From: Sminthopsis crassicaudata
Lineage: Eukaryota
DNA: 64,000 bases
Direction of reading: 5' to 3'
Assembly: GCF_048593235.1 (NCBI RefSeq)
Contig: NC_133621.1
Span: 85,117,148 to 85,181,147 of the forward strand
The notes under the pieces are model-generated. The model worked only from the letters and a program-made list of their open reading frames with translations. It searched no databases and had not been told where the DNA came from. Position numbers and translations under genes: made by a program. Positions 24,127-36,689 of the stretch are shown in pieces (within the stretch, counting starts at the first letter, position 1; each line of letters opens with the position of its first letter).

Positions 24127-25039
24127 AGGGGGAAAAAATGGAATTTTTATATGAAGGAAGAAAGAAGATATATTAGATGGAAAGAATTTCAGGTACAGAG
24201 AAAGGCCAATTAACGTGCATCAAGTAAGGTGATAAGAATATTGTGTTCAAGAGTTAGCAAGGAAGCTATATCACTGGACCACAAAATATATGGGAAATAA
24301 TAAAGGGTATGAAGACTAGAAAGGTAGAAGATGCTAGTTACTAAAAGCTTTAAAAGTCAAACAGACAATTTTATATCTGATCCTAGAGTAAATAGTTTAT
24401 AATAATAAATTATCTTGTAAAAATTTGTTTTTATTATATAAATGTTTTTATATGTATTCTCCTCTCCCATTTGAATGGGAGTTGGGATTGTTGTTTGTTG
24501 TGGTAAATTGGGATTGCTGGTTCTTTGTAATACTATCCTCAGCATCTAGCCCAGTATCTGGTACTGAGTAAGCAATCTTTTATTTGGACCTCACGTATCA
24601 CATATTCCACAACAGTGGACATTGTCTTTGGAGAAAAAAATAAAAAAACACCAACATGTTTCACTATCTGATATTATGGATAATAACAAAATTCCCCAGA
24701 GCACTTGAATTTTCTCTAAGGTTGTAACAGAATTTTGCATAATTCTAATGTTTATAAGAGAAGCAACTTGTATAAGGAGAGCTCTTAAAGTTACACTTTG
24801 CTTAGTAAAATACTTGCTTAAATCAACAAATAAGAGTGATTTTTTTACATAATTAACTGTGCAGATGACCATAAAAATGTAGTCCACACAAAGTTGGCTG
24901 TGAAATGTCCAGGATTCAATAGAAATTCTCCTCACAATGTTTTTATAGATAAGAATGAAGTATGTGGGTCAGTACTTGTCAATGATTCTTCAGCAGCTTT
25001 TCTTTCTCTGTCCACTTTGATATATTCTGAAAACAACTC

Positions 25040-25220
25040 AACTCAACAAACATTTATCAAGCACTTACTATGTGCAAAATTGACTGTGCTAGTACTAGAT
25101 ACCACAAAAAAAAAAAAAAAAAAAAAAAAAGGCAATAACCCCAATTCTCAAGGAAACTCACAATCTAATGGGAGAGACAATATGCAAACATGTACAATGT
25201 ACAAACAAGTCTAAATTGGG
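25040..25220 (-). mobile_element. L2 3' end relic interrupted by poly(A)
   Basis: caacaaacatttatcaagcacttactatgtgcaa is the reverse of the L2 terminus. Confidence 0.7.
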
Positions 25221-25839
25221 AATAACAGAAAAACTATGAATAGATTCTTATAAAAGCTGCATAATTTTAGACTTCTGTCTCCTATGGCATTTATTCCTTC
25301 CACATATATTTGGACAGATTCAGCCTTTTCTCCTGCCTTGCTGTGGCTTTTTGAAATAAATCATGTAGAAGGAAAGATAACATTTTTGTGAATGACTCAA
25401 GTTTATTTTTACGTGATATAGTATAGTTGATTATAGTTTGGAATACAGATATAGAAGCTGACTCAGTAAGATTACATTGGATAAGACAATGACTACTTCC
25501 AAACAATACCCCTTCTTCAAGGTGAAGGGACTCCAAACTTGTGGAATGATATAATTACCTAGCAATAAAATATATATCCTAATACTGATATGACCCTATA
25601 TGTAGCATTTTAAGGGTTAATAAAGGGGTTACCAGGATCTTCATCTGTCCATAATATAGAAATGCCCATATCATTGCACAAAGTCTATAGTGTGACTGAG
25701 ATCTCAAATATCATCTCAACACTACAGAACTACTCTATAGTTGATATAACTTTAGCAGAACAGAATTAAAACAACTGATACTACTAAACAAACTAGCTAC
25801 CTAAATACTTTCTGACTTCTTTTTGCTCTTTTTACATCT

Positions 25840-26090
25840 AACTAGTTTTTCTCAATCTTCTATCCAGTAGCATCATCCATTTCTTAACCCCTAATTACAG
25901 ATTTCAAAATGTTTTATTCTATTCCCTCTTATATTCTCTTTGTGATTTCACAAGCTCCAATAGATTCAGTCATCATCTTTATGCAAATGATGCCCAGATT
26001 TAGATATCCGATTTTAGTATAATTCTTGATATTCAGTACTACATCACCAACTATTAGACATGTTCAAATGGATTCCTCATAGACATCTCA
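25840..26090 (+). mobile_element. L2 relic
   Basis: catcatctttatgcaaatgatgcccagatt matches the L2 RT YADD region. Confidence 0.65.
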
Positions 26091-26094
26091 AAAC

Positions 26095-26550
26095 CATTTT
26101 TGTTCTATTTTTCTGTCATCTCTGACTCTTCATGAACCCATGGACACCAGGCTCTTCAATCCTCCATTATATCTGGAAGTCTGTCCAAGCTCATGTTCGT
26201 TGTTTTCATGACATTATCCATCTCATCTTCTGCCATCTTCTTTAGCCTTCAATCTTTCCTTACATCAGTCTTTTCCAATGAGTCCTGTCTTTTTACTTTG
26301 CACTTAATATATTTAAAGTATATCTTCAGTATTTGTACTTCCAATGAAGAGTATGAATTAATTCCTCTAAGTATTGCCCGATTTGACTTTATTGCTGTCC
26401 AAAGGCTCTCAAGACTTCTCCAGTACCACAATTCAAAAGCATTGATTCTGCGGTGCTCAGTTTCCTTAAAGTCCAACTCTGACAGTCATAACATTACTAC
26501 TGGAAAAACCACAACTTTGACTATAAAAAACTTTGTTGGAAATGTTGTTT
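26095..26550 (-). mobile_element. RTE-clade LINE (BovB-like) 3' fragment
   Basis: ORF 26249..26476(-) RRINAFELWYWRSLESLWTAIKSNRAILRGINSYSSLEVQILK...DSLEKT is a decayed version of the BovB/RTE C-terminal motif AFELWCWRRLLRVPWTARRSNQSIL...SLEKTLMLG. Confidence 0.85.
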
Positions 26551-27774
26551 AAACCAAAACTTATCTTTTCCTAACATGGTTATTTCTGTTGAGGGATGCC
26601 CCTTCTTTCCAGAAATATAGTAAATTCTTGAGCGTTGGATCTGTTTTGTTTTTATTTATTTCATTCCACCAAGTGTGAGTACAGTACTTGATACACAGTA
26701 TGTAATTAATTACTAAACTGGTTTTAGCTACTGAGGTACAGAAAGCAGTTTGCCTCTAGTTTTCAGAGAAACTCTTATCTTCTGTCTCATCACTATCAAC
26801 TCTTTTCTCTCCTACTATATAGTATATGTTGTTAGCCACCCCCACCCCTGGTTATTTCTAATTTCTGTGGCACTTACTTCATTTTCTACTTTCCCATCTC
26901 TTTTGATTTCTGGTGCTTTCTACCATTCTCAGCATTATAAATTTAAAAAAAAAAAAAGAAAGAAAGAAAGAAAGAAAATTGGCCTTTTAGACACATTGCT
27001 CACTCCTTTCTTTCCATAATTTGAATCAAAATTTGGCTTTTTTCAGCTGTGTTTTTTGTTAACAATTCAGGAGCCTCCAAAAAAGTGTGAGATTTTGTTG
27101 GCTATGGAAGGAATTAAGGGAAACAAAGATTCCTTTGTCTGGACCAGGGGTATTCTAAATACATAATATAGTACTGTGTACAGACTCAGGACAAAATAGC
27201 CTGAATGTTACAATTCAATATTAAGATGTAGAAATATTGATATATTTATTAATGCCTAGTATAGATCAATCACTGCACTAGCTAAGCTATGGGACAATGC
27301 AACAAATAGACAAATCAGTATCCACTACCCTAGAGGAGCACTGGGTCTAGTAAATGCAAAGAAAGAAATGCAAAAAGACACTATTTAAAAATAAAAGAGT
27401 TTGACTGATAAAATGCAGACTCCATTATTTATAAGCAAAATTTTATAAGTATCACTGACTTAATGTGCAGCAACCATTCCTTGAAGTAATTTTAATATAA
27501 ACAATGTGTATGTTTTTCAGATAAAAACTGCCAATTATGATTGGAAAAAAATATTTTAAGAATCTTAATCACATGTATGGCCCTGTGCTAGGTAGATAAG
27601 AAGTGAGAAAAGGCAGAGAGAAAGATTATACAATCAAAAAATCCAATTTGTTTTGATCTAGATCTATAACTTTACTGGTGTAAGGCACATTTTTCATAAA
27701 ATGAAACTTTAAACATATATTTATTTATGTACCAATCTTGAGTTCTTTTTGCCCAAAGCTCCTTAATTGCTCTT

Positions 27775-29680
27775 TTTTTTTTTAAATAATAGGTTTTTAT
27801 CTTTCCAAATACATAGTTTTCAATATTCACCCTTGCAAAATCCTACAATCCAAATGAGAAATTTTCTCCTTACCTATTTCCCTTCATCACTCCCCTAGAT
27901 GGCAGGCAATCCACTGTAGGCTAAACATATGTAATTTTTGTAAATGTATTTCCACATTTATTATGCTGCTCAGATCAAATGGTGGGGGGAGGGGGGAATG
28001 AGAAAGAAAAAAACCAACCAAACAATACCACTATCAAAATAAAAATAAAAAAAAAAAAAAAGTGAATACACAATGCTTTGATCTACATTCAGTCTTCACA
28101 GTTCTCTCTTTAGATGCAGATGGCTCCTTTCATCCCAAATCCATTGGAAATGCCTAGAATCACCTCACAGTTGAAAAGAGCCAAGTCCATCACAATTGAT
28201 CATCAAATGATCTTGTTGCTGCTTTGTACAAATGTTCTCCAGGTTCTATTCACTTCACTTAGTACCAGTTCATATAAGTCTTTCCAGGTCTTTCTGAAAT
28301 CAACCTGTTGATCATTTCTTTTACAGAAATCATATTCCATTACATTCAGATACCATATAAGATACCAACTTATTCAGCCATTCTCCAAATGATGGGCATC
28401 CACTCAGTTTCCAGTTCCTGGCCACTACTACTATAAACATTTTAGCACATGTGGGTCCTTTTCCCTTTTTTATAATCTCATTGGGATACAGACCCAGTAG
28501 AGACATTGCTGTATTAAAGGGTATGCAGTTTGATAGCCCTTTGGACATAGTTCCAAATTATTCTCCAGAATGGTTAGATTAGTTCAAAACTCTACCAACA
28601 ATGTATTAGTGTTCCAGTTTTTCCGCATTCCCTCCAACATTTATCATTATCTTTTCCTGTCATCTTAACAAACCTGACAAGTGAGAAGTGGTATTTCAGA
28701 ATTGCCTTAATTTGCATTTCTCCAATGAATAGTGATTTAAAGCATTTTTTCATCTCATTAGAAATGGCTTTAATGTCTTTAGCTGAAAATTGTCTGTTCA
28801 CATTCTTTGACCATTTATCAACTGGGTAATGGCTTATAGTCTTACAAATTTGAATCAATTCTCTTTATATTTTAGAAATAACCCTTTATCAGAAACACTT
28901 TTTTCCCAAATTTTTTGATTCCAGTCTAATCTTGGCTACACTGGTTTAATCATGAACCCATTTCGAACCTTGTCTTGACATAGGGTGTTAGATGCTGGTC
29001 AGGGTCTAGTTTCTATCATGCTATTTTCCAGTTTTCCCAACAATGTTTGTCAAATATTGACTTCTTTTCCCAGAAGATAAAAGTCTTTGAATTTATCAAA
29101 CACTAGATTATGTCTGGTGAATCTAAAGGTCTACTTACTCTATTTCCTAGCTAGTACCAAATGGTTTTGATGACCACTGCTTTGTAATATAGCTTCAGGT
29201 ATGGTACAGCAAGGCCCCATTTGCTTGCATTTTTTTCCTCCAATCTATTCTCTTGAAATTGCTGACCTTTTGTTCTTCTGGATGAATTTTATTATTTTTT
29301 TCTAGTTCTACAAAGTAATTTATTGGAAGTTTGATTAGTATGGCACTGAATAAATCCATTATTTAGGTAAAATTGTCATTTTTATTATATTAACTCAACC
29401 TATCCATGAGCACTTGATATTCTTCCAACTGTTTTACATCTAACTTTGTGTGAAAAGTGTTTTATAATTATGTTTATATAAATCCTGGCTTTGTCTTGAC
29501 AGATTCCCACATATTGTAAATTATCTACAGTTATTTTAAATGAGACTTTTCTATCTCTTGATGCTGGATTCTCTGAATAGTAGTGATGATGATAGGTAAT
29601 CTTCTTTCACCTCTAATCTTATTGGGAATATTTTTAGTTTCTCCCCATAACATCTAATGCTTGTTGATGGTTTTAGATAG
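27775..29680 (-). mobile_element. LINE-1 3' portion (ORF2 RT and C-terminal remnants, 3'UTR, poly(A))
   Basis: ORFs 28592..28858 (KCWRECGKTGTLIHCW) and 28330..28548 (LLGLYPNEIIKKGKGPTCAKMF) are L1 ORF2p C-terminal motifs; T-tract near 27775. Confidence 0.9.
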
Positions 29681-29739
29681 AAGGGTGTAGGGCACTTCTG
29701 GTAATACATGCCTAAGCAGATCATCAACTGTTCTGCAAA

Positions 29740-29885
29740 ATATAGTCTTACAGAATTGCCTCATAAATCGAGAACCTAAGTGATTTGCTAGAGTCACATC
29801 ATTGTTAAGTGTCAGAGATGACATCTGAAACTAGAGTCTTTATAATCATTAAATCATTTTTCTAGGCACTGCTCCATGTAGTAAA
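29740..29885 (-). mobile_element. MIR fragment
   Basis: aagtgatttgctagagtcacatcattgttaagtgtcagag resembles the MIR antisense consensus. Confidence 0.6.
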
Positions 29886-30200
29886 GCTAAACAAGAGTTT
29901 AAAAAAAATAAGAACAGGAACTGTACAGGAGCGAAAACCTGTAAGCCAGATATAAATTTTAATGAGAAAGGAAAGGGGCAGAACTGGACATCTGTAAGTT
30001 ACAGCTACCAAAATTTTGATAGGGTATTAGATATGAATAGCAATGACTTCAAAGGAAGAAAGGTTACTAATGTGGAGAAAGGAGAAAACCTAGAAGTACT
30101 AATAGGAAGTGAAGGGTATTTCTCCACTCAAACTGTAAACTAAGGAGAGTGAATGAATGAAGGTGAAGCCAATACTGAAAAGAGTAGCTAAGGAAGATGT

Positions 30201-30258
30201 GTCTTCAAACTAATAGACAAAAGGAATGGGTCTTCAAACTAATAGACAAAAGGAATGG
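30201..30258. repeat. Perfect 29-bp tandem duplication (gtcttcaaactaatagacaaaaggaatgg x2)
   Basis: Directly visible. Confidence 0.95.
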
Positions 30259-30899
30259 GAAAGGAAAAAAAATTTAAATGAAGTTGTTTTTTGGCTATGG
30301 AACAGGCATTTCAGAGAGCATAGTGAAAGGATGAGGCAGATTTTGGATGAAACTCAGAGAGGGATGAGAACAAGAAATCAAATAATAAGGGATGGATATT
30401 GATTGGGAGAAGCTCTAGGATATCAAGGATATGAACAAAAGTTGTGAGAATATTTATCGTTGAGTAGAGGGCACCACTCCTCTTCCCTCAAAGGACAGGA
30501 TAGCAGGGAATAGGAGGCATGAAATTGAAAAGAAGGTTGTTCTTTGCATCAGAGGTTCTCTATAACCCAGCTGGGAGATCAGGCTGACAACAAGAAGCAC
30601 AAGATGCCTTGTGCTGGGATAGAGACAACTGACTGATTTAGAACACATGGAAGAAACCTGCTCTGTCCCCTGACACCCTTTCCTCAGAAGATATGCCACA
30701 CCCAGCAGGAGATGGAGGGCTCAGAGCACTAGCATTATTATGGTCATCTTCTCTTTCTATAAAAGCATCACATGCAATGGAGATATACTGGTCTTTTTCC
30801 AATAATAGGAGTAAAGCTACTCTCCCCTCTATTATCTGATATAGCCCTAGAAATTCTAGCAACAGGAAGAAGAGAAAGAAATTAAATGCATGAAGCTAG

Positions 30900-31875
30900 G
30901 AAGAGGCATACCTATTTCCTAATAATATGATTTATTCAGAACATGCTAGACAACCAGCAAAAATACGAATTGAGATTATTAACAGTTAGTTGCAAGCTAA
31001 AAATTAAATCTTTAAAAATCAGCAGCAAGAAGCAATAATAGAATAGAAATTCCTATTTCAAATAATTCCAAAATGTAAAGTATTAGGTGAACCTTCAAAA
31101 GCACACAAAAGACTTGTATAGATTCAATTACAAAGTATTTCTTAAGGAAATAAAAGATAAGTTAGAAGAATATTGAATGCTCATGGCTAGGCCTTGCCAA
31201 TGTAATAAAGATGACAGTCCTTTAAAACTTAATAACAAAATGCATTTACAAAAATAAAAGACCTAAAATAGCAAGGGAAATGATGAAGGGACACGTAAGG
31301 ACAAAGGAAGAACAATATTTCCAAATCACAAACTATATTATAAAGCAAGAATCATCAAAACTATGTTACCAGTTTTAAAAAAGAGAAATAGATTAATAGA
31401 ATTGACTAAATAAGGGAAATTCAGAAAACAAGAAAACTCAATAACTTAATGTTTGATAATGGTAAATATAAATTACCTAGGAAAAAACTCTTTGATTAAA
31501 ACTGTGGTAAAAAAAGAAAACTCGATTAAAAATGGAAAGCAGCCTGGCAGAAATTATGCTTAGATCAACACTTTATACCACATTCCACAATAAAATATAA
31601 GTAAATAGTCTACCTAAATTTTAGAAAAAATTAGAAGAGAAACAGATCTTATATCTCTCACAGTTACTGGTAGGAGATATATTCTTTACTAAACAAAAGA
31701 TAGAAGCAATTATGAAAGAAGAAATAATTTTGATTACTTGAAACTGAAAAGCTTCTGCACTGACAAAATTAACGCAGTTGGAATAAGAAAAGAAAAGGTT
31801 TAAAAGAGGTAGTGGGAGAGGTTATCTTTTATCAAATTTTTCTGATAAGGGTTTGGTATACAAGATATATAAATA
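30900..31875 (+). mobile_element. Old LINE-1 ORF2 fragment
   Basis: A-rich L1-like segments (actatattataaagcaagaatcatcaaaac, gaaactgaaaagcttctgcactgacaaa, ctgataagggtttggtatacaagatatat). Confidence 0.75.
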
Positions 31876-31880
31876 ACTAC

Positions 31881-32039
31881 ACACACACAATAACTATTAT
31901 GTTGTAATAAACAGAAAATATCAATAAAAATTTACTTTAAACATTTAAGTAATACAATACAACTTAGGTAAATGTTAATTTGTGGTTTACCAAGTTAATG
32001 TGCTGTTGACAGGATCTACTTTTGAGTTTGACACCACTG
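31881..32039. mobile_element. hAT-Charlie-type MITE end fragment
   Basis: Ends in gagtttgacaccactg (a TIR of the CAGGGGTGTCAAAC type), followed by gtctagta, a Charlie-like target sequence. Confidence 0.55.
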
Positions 32040-32493
32040 GTCTAGTACTTGGCAAGCAAAAAGCTAGGATATTAAAAATGAAAAGATACTAGGAAGATCT
32101 CTGTGAAGAAATCAGTATTGGAACTGCTACTTAGCTAGTTCTGAATTCTACTTTAAAAGGCACTATTAATTCAACAGCAAGGTCCACAGACTCACAAGAC
32201 TTATGACAAAAGTTAAAAACGGGAAGCTACCTGATACTCGCTGGTGCTTATAAAAACTCATAAGCAGAAAGATCATGGAAAAAGGTACAGAAGATATGCA
32301 AGGACTAGATATCACTAGCAGTGTGCTAATTAATCATGGCCATTGCCTGCTTCCATACATCAATCAATCAATCAATAGCCATTTATTAAGCACTAATTAT
32401 GCACCAAGCCCTGGTCTTGAACTCCAAGCATAGCATAAAACCTAAAGGGAAAAGCACCTGCAACTTGATGAAACACTGAGTATGTGGAGACCC

Positions 32494-32496
<3 letters not shown>

Positions 32497-32535
<39 letters not shown>
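32497..32535. repeat. Poly(A) tract, 39 nt
   Basis: Directly visible. Confidence 0.95.
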
Positions 32536-32536
<1 letters not shown>

Positions 32537-34778
32537 CATAAAGATTTTTGATTGGTACTAACTTAGGATTTGACTTTGTACTCCCAAATCACTGAGTAAC
32601 AGCAGAAACAAAGACTATGAAGGGAGAAGGGAGGGCAACAGAATATTTGATATACTGTTTTAAATCCAGTACTTTAAAGGCTCCAATCAGGAATCTACTT
32701 TAACACCATCAAGTCTAACAGTAGCTCAAGCAGAATGAGATACAAGGAACATTCTACATACCAGATCACTCTCAAGAAGTTAGCATTATTCAACAGAGGT
32801 CATTATCTACAGCATTAGGAAGGCATACTGCAAGTGGCAGTTCATGCCCTTAATCGGCAATCACTGAAATGATTCAGTCTTTCCTTTAGTTAGAATACAC
32901 AGGTCTGAAAAACCAGTAGATAGAAAAGAAGAGGGAAAACCAGCTATCAGAAGTGTTTAAAAAACAATATTCAAAATATTGTTTGATTCCCATAACCATG
33001 ACTTCTGTGGTCCTTAGTCTAACCATTCTGTGCTAGTTCAAAGATGGCATATACTGTCTGTGAGACCATATGTAATTTATTAACTTTTCAGATAATTTGC
33101 AGATATGGAGTAAAGTGATCAAATTAACTTAAATCATATCTATCTTAGGTTTGTCCTCAAGTACACATAAAATTCTTCACTACATCTGAAGGCTAGCAGG
33201 GGGAAGATTACAAGAAAAAGATAATGCCAGTAGATTCTACAATTGTAGCATTAAATTTCTTTAAAAAAAAAAAAAAAATTTAAAACACAATAAGGATATT
33301 TCATTAGTAATTCATATTCATAATTCATTGCTTTAGCCTGTATTATAAAGAGATAAGAAGAGCTAGAAAATGTTTTACAAACTGATATAACAATTAGCTA
33401 ACTTATAAAAAATTTCTGAAATACTTATCAGAAATAAGCATTAGTTCTTGAATTATAGTGAACTTTAGAAATCTTTTTCTCTGTTGGACTAATGTAAATC
33501 TTGTGTCTAACCAACTGTCAGTTTACTTGCCATGCTTTCCTCAATCACTTAGGTACTTGCTTAAAAAAAAAAAAAAACAACACGAAAATGTGTAACATTA
33601 ACAGATGCAGACATAAGTAAAATTAATACGACAAATTAGATTTAATGCAGTTCCACTGTTATTAAAGCAAGCGAAAGCATCACTTCCAACAGTCCTTCTT
33701 TGAGCCATCCATTTTATCTGAAACAAAGGCCAGGCTTTGCTAGATAAATTTTTTTTTTAATTTTTTCCAAGGAGTTAAAGCAAAAATCTGCTATTTAAAA
33801 ATGGTTTTATTTTTGGTCACTATCTTCCCTTTCACAGTCTATTACTGGCCAGAAACTTGTCAGAATCACTTAACTTGTTTTCCCTGTGTGTCTATGCCAG
33901 TGCCACTGTGGACGATTTGCATGACCCTAAGAGCCATTTGAATATCAAATTCAAAAGGGATCAAAAATTCCTATGAAAAATAGGAAAATTCTTCTTATTG
34001 AAATCACATTCTACATGGCAAGAAACTAGTAATTCCTTAAGGCAGAGTAAAGTGTTAACTAGCTAGTTCAATCTTACAAGAGGGTCTTCTGCCACAGGTT
34101 GCCAAAACAAAAGGATGTCAATTCTGACAAAGAAAATATAAAAGACATGAACGTTTTTCAATCTTGTCAGTGAATCTTCAGTGCCTTAAACATAGTACAT
34201 GTTTAATAAATGCTTACTGAATTTCAGATAAAAGGCAAAAACATAAATGTTTCCCCTTTAGTTACATATAGCAACAAAATTTATTTCCCTAAGCTTTGGT
34301 ATCAGAATCACTCACATGTAATTATTGAAAAATGAGCTTGCTTTCTTTCTAGAGAGTACAATCAATGTGGTCTACATGGAAAACTATGTGGCCGATAAAA
34401 GCATAAAATTCCTTATTAAAAGCAGAATACTAATACTTCTAATGTGAAATTAGTCAAACAAAATAAGTACGCACTTTTTTTAAAAAGCAATTCTCTGAAA
34501 ACATATTTTAAAAATGATAGTAAAGCCAGCTAGCCATTAAAAAAGCTACATTTTTTTAAAAAAAAATAATTGATCTTTTTAATTTGAAAAAAATTAAGAC
34601 TTTTGCTAAAAAGTGTCTATGAAGCTTAAAGAACAGGAAATTAATGGTAACCTCAGAAGGGATTTTTGTCAATTATAACTTAATGAAATGAAAAATAATG
34701 AAAAGTCTAACAGATATATAGTTATCTATTTACTTTATTGCTCTCTACTCAACAAAAGATGATTACAAAAGGACTTAC

Positions 34779-35088
34779 CTTGCACAGGGGTTACTACTGT
34801 TCCTTTGAAATGTGGATTTATATGTATGTTCTTCGGTTGTTGAGGGGTCACTGGTGGTGGGGTCATCATTATCCTAGGTGTTTCCATTTGGGGTGGCATA
34901 TGCATTCCTTGAGGAGGAGAAGGATGGTGTGGATGCTGTAAGGGAAGCAGAGGCTGTAGCTGTTGCTGCTGGAATAGACTTCTAATAGGTTGCTGTTGAG
35001 GAGGTGGTGGCGGAGGTGGTGGAGGTGGAGGTTGTGGTTGTGGTTGTGGTTGTGGCTGAGGTGGTGGGATTAACCTCGGTGAGTGAGT
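34779..35088 (-). CDS. RBM33: RBM33 coding exon, 310 nt, Pro/Gln-rich: THSPRLIPP(PQ)5P11QQQPIRSLF...KNIHINPHFKGTVVTPVQ
   Basis: Acceptor tttggttttcAG|ACTCAC, donor CAAG|GTAAGT; open reading frame; phase 0 in, phase 1 out. Missing from the ORF track on this strand. Confidence 0.95.
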
Positions 35089-35136
35089 CTGAAAACCAAA
35101 GTAAGAATAAATCCAAACAAGTCAAAAATCATTTTA

Positions 35137-35356
35137 AGGAAAAACTAAGGAATTTTGATTAAATGTAAAGTGTTATCACTTAGAAAACGTGCCTAATGTA
35201 TCTTGGACAATTTCTGAAATCTAAATCAATTAAACCCATTCATGGTAAAGGAGTGGGATTATTGGTTTAACATGAAATAAATACTCAGCATGAGGATTTA
35301 AGAGAAAGGTAAGGTACTTCTTATTCTGCTAAAGAAAGATTAGTTCAAAACTAATG
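35137..35356 (+). repeat. Copy 1 of a ~220-bp intronic direct repeat
   Basis: Aligns end to end with 36371-36593 (e.g. taatgtatcttggacaatttctgaaatctaaatcaa is identical in both). Confidence 0.95.
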
Positions 35357-36370
35357 ACCAACTGACTAAATATTCCAGGCCACCCGGGACCATTCCCATT
35401 GGCATTTCCCAAAATAATAATATGTCAGCATCTAGATTCCAAGAAACCACATTCTCTCCTAATACCCCCTTAGGATTTAAATCACTATAGACTAAGCAGT
35501 CCCAAAGGTCTTAAGTTTGCAAAGTCCTGCTCAAATCCAGGGTGGATGGTGCAATGGGTTTTATCAAATAGCTACCCAATTTGCTACATTTGCTACATCT
35601 CCTTAAATATTATAGAAATTTTATTATAGACATTGCATTTTGCTTTTTAAATGTGTTCATATTCCCTCACACTATCAAAATGATGTAAGCTAAACAAGTG
35701 ATATAGACAAGGAAACTGAGATAAAAAGAAATTGTCTTTCCTAAGGTTGCATTGGCCAGTAAAACATATAATCAGCATGGTCCAAATTCCTTGTTCTCAG
35801 CTAGAGTTTTCTTCATACAATTATACGACACTTTTTAAAATATATACTAAAGAAAAATGGTGAAACATCGTAGGGGAAAAACTCATTCTTTGGGAATTAG
35901 GAATAACAACAGACTAAAAAGAGATGTTCTAGCAATTTTCACATTAGAGGAGATTAACAAAAATACAATCTTATAAACATTATTAGAAATTCTGGATATA
36001 AACATTAATCTTCCATTATCCTCAAAATGAATTCCTCATGATAATATTCATTTTTTTTATTTTTAGATTTTCAAATTATATGACTGCTAAGAATTTAGAA
36101 AGGGAAGTATACCTAAACAAACTAGAGGTGAAAATTTTACTTAACTTCAGTTTAACAAGCTCTTGAAATGTCAATGATCGAAAAATTAAAAAGCAGCAGT
36201 ATAGCCTAAAAAATTTGTAAATATACTAAAAATACTTAGCTTCTGTGCTTGTTTCAAAACACATGGAGTTAAATTTGACATTAAAATACATTTAAAAGTG
36301 CTAAATCTATGTGAAAAATTAAAACTATCCTCCCATACTGAATAAACAATAATAGTGATCCATTACATTA

Positions 36371-36593
36371 GGGAAAAACTAAGGAATTCTGATTAAATGT
36401 AATCATTTTACACTTAGAAAATGTGACTAATGTATCTTGGACAATTTCTGAAATCTAAATCAACTAAACCCATTCATGGTAAAGGGGTGAGATTATTGGT
36501 TTAACATGAAATAAACACTCAGCATGGGGATTTAAGAGAAAAGGTATAAGGTTCTTCTTATTCTGATGAAGAAAGATTAGTCCAAAACTAATG
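36371..36593 (+). repeat. Copy 2 of a ~220-bp intronic direct repeat
   Basis: Aligns with 35137-35356; scattered substitutions and small indels. Confidence 0.95.
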
Positions 36594-36689
36594 TAGGATC
36601 AAATGTAAAATCCTTTGGTATTCAAGTGTCTTTTGGAACAATTCCCTTCTTATCTTTCAAGGACTCTTATATTTTTCTTGACACATTTT

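Noticed and set aside
30454-30862. Two minus-strand ORFs (81 aa and 74 aa)
   Set aside because: No recognisable protein; probably a decayed LINE body that I could not assign to a family.
35137-36593. Considered whether the direct repeats or micro-duplications form a CRISPR-like or LTR structure
   Set aside because: There are only two copies, no regular repeat-spacer array, and no TG...CA termini, primer-binding site or polypurine tract of an LTR element.
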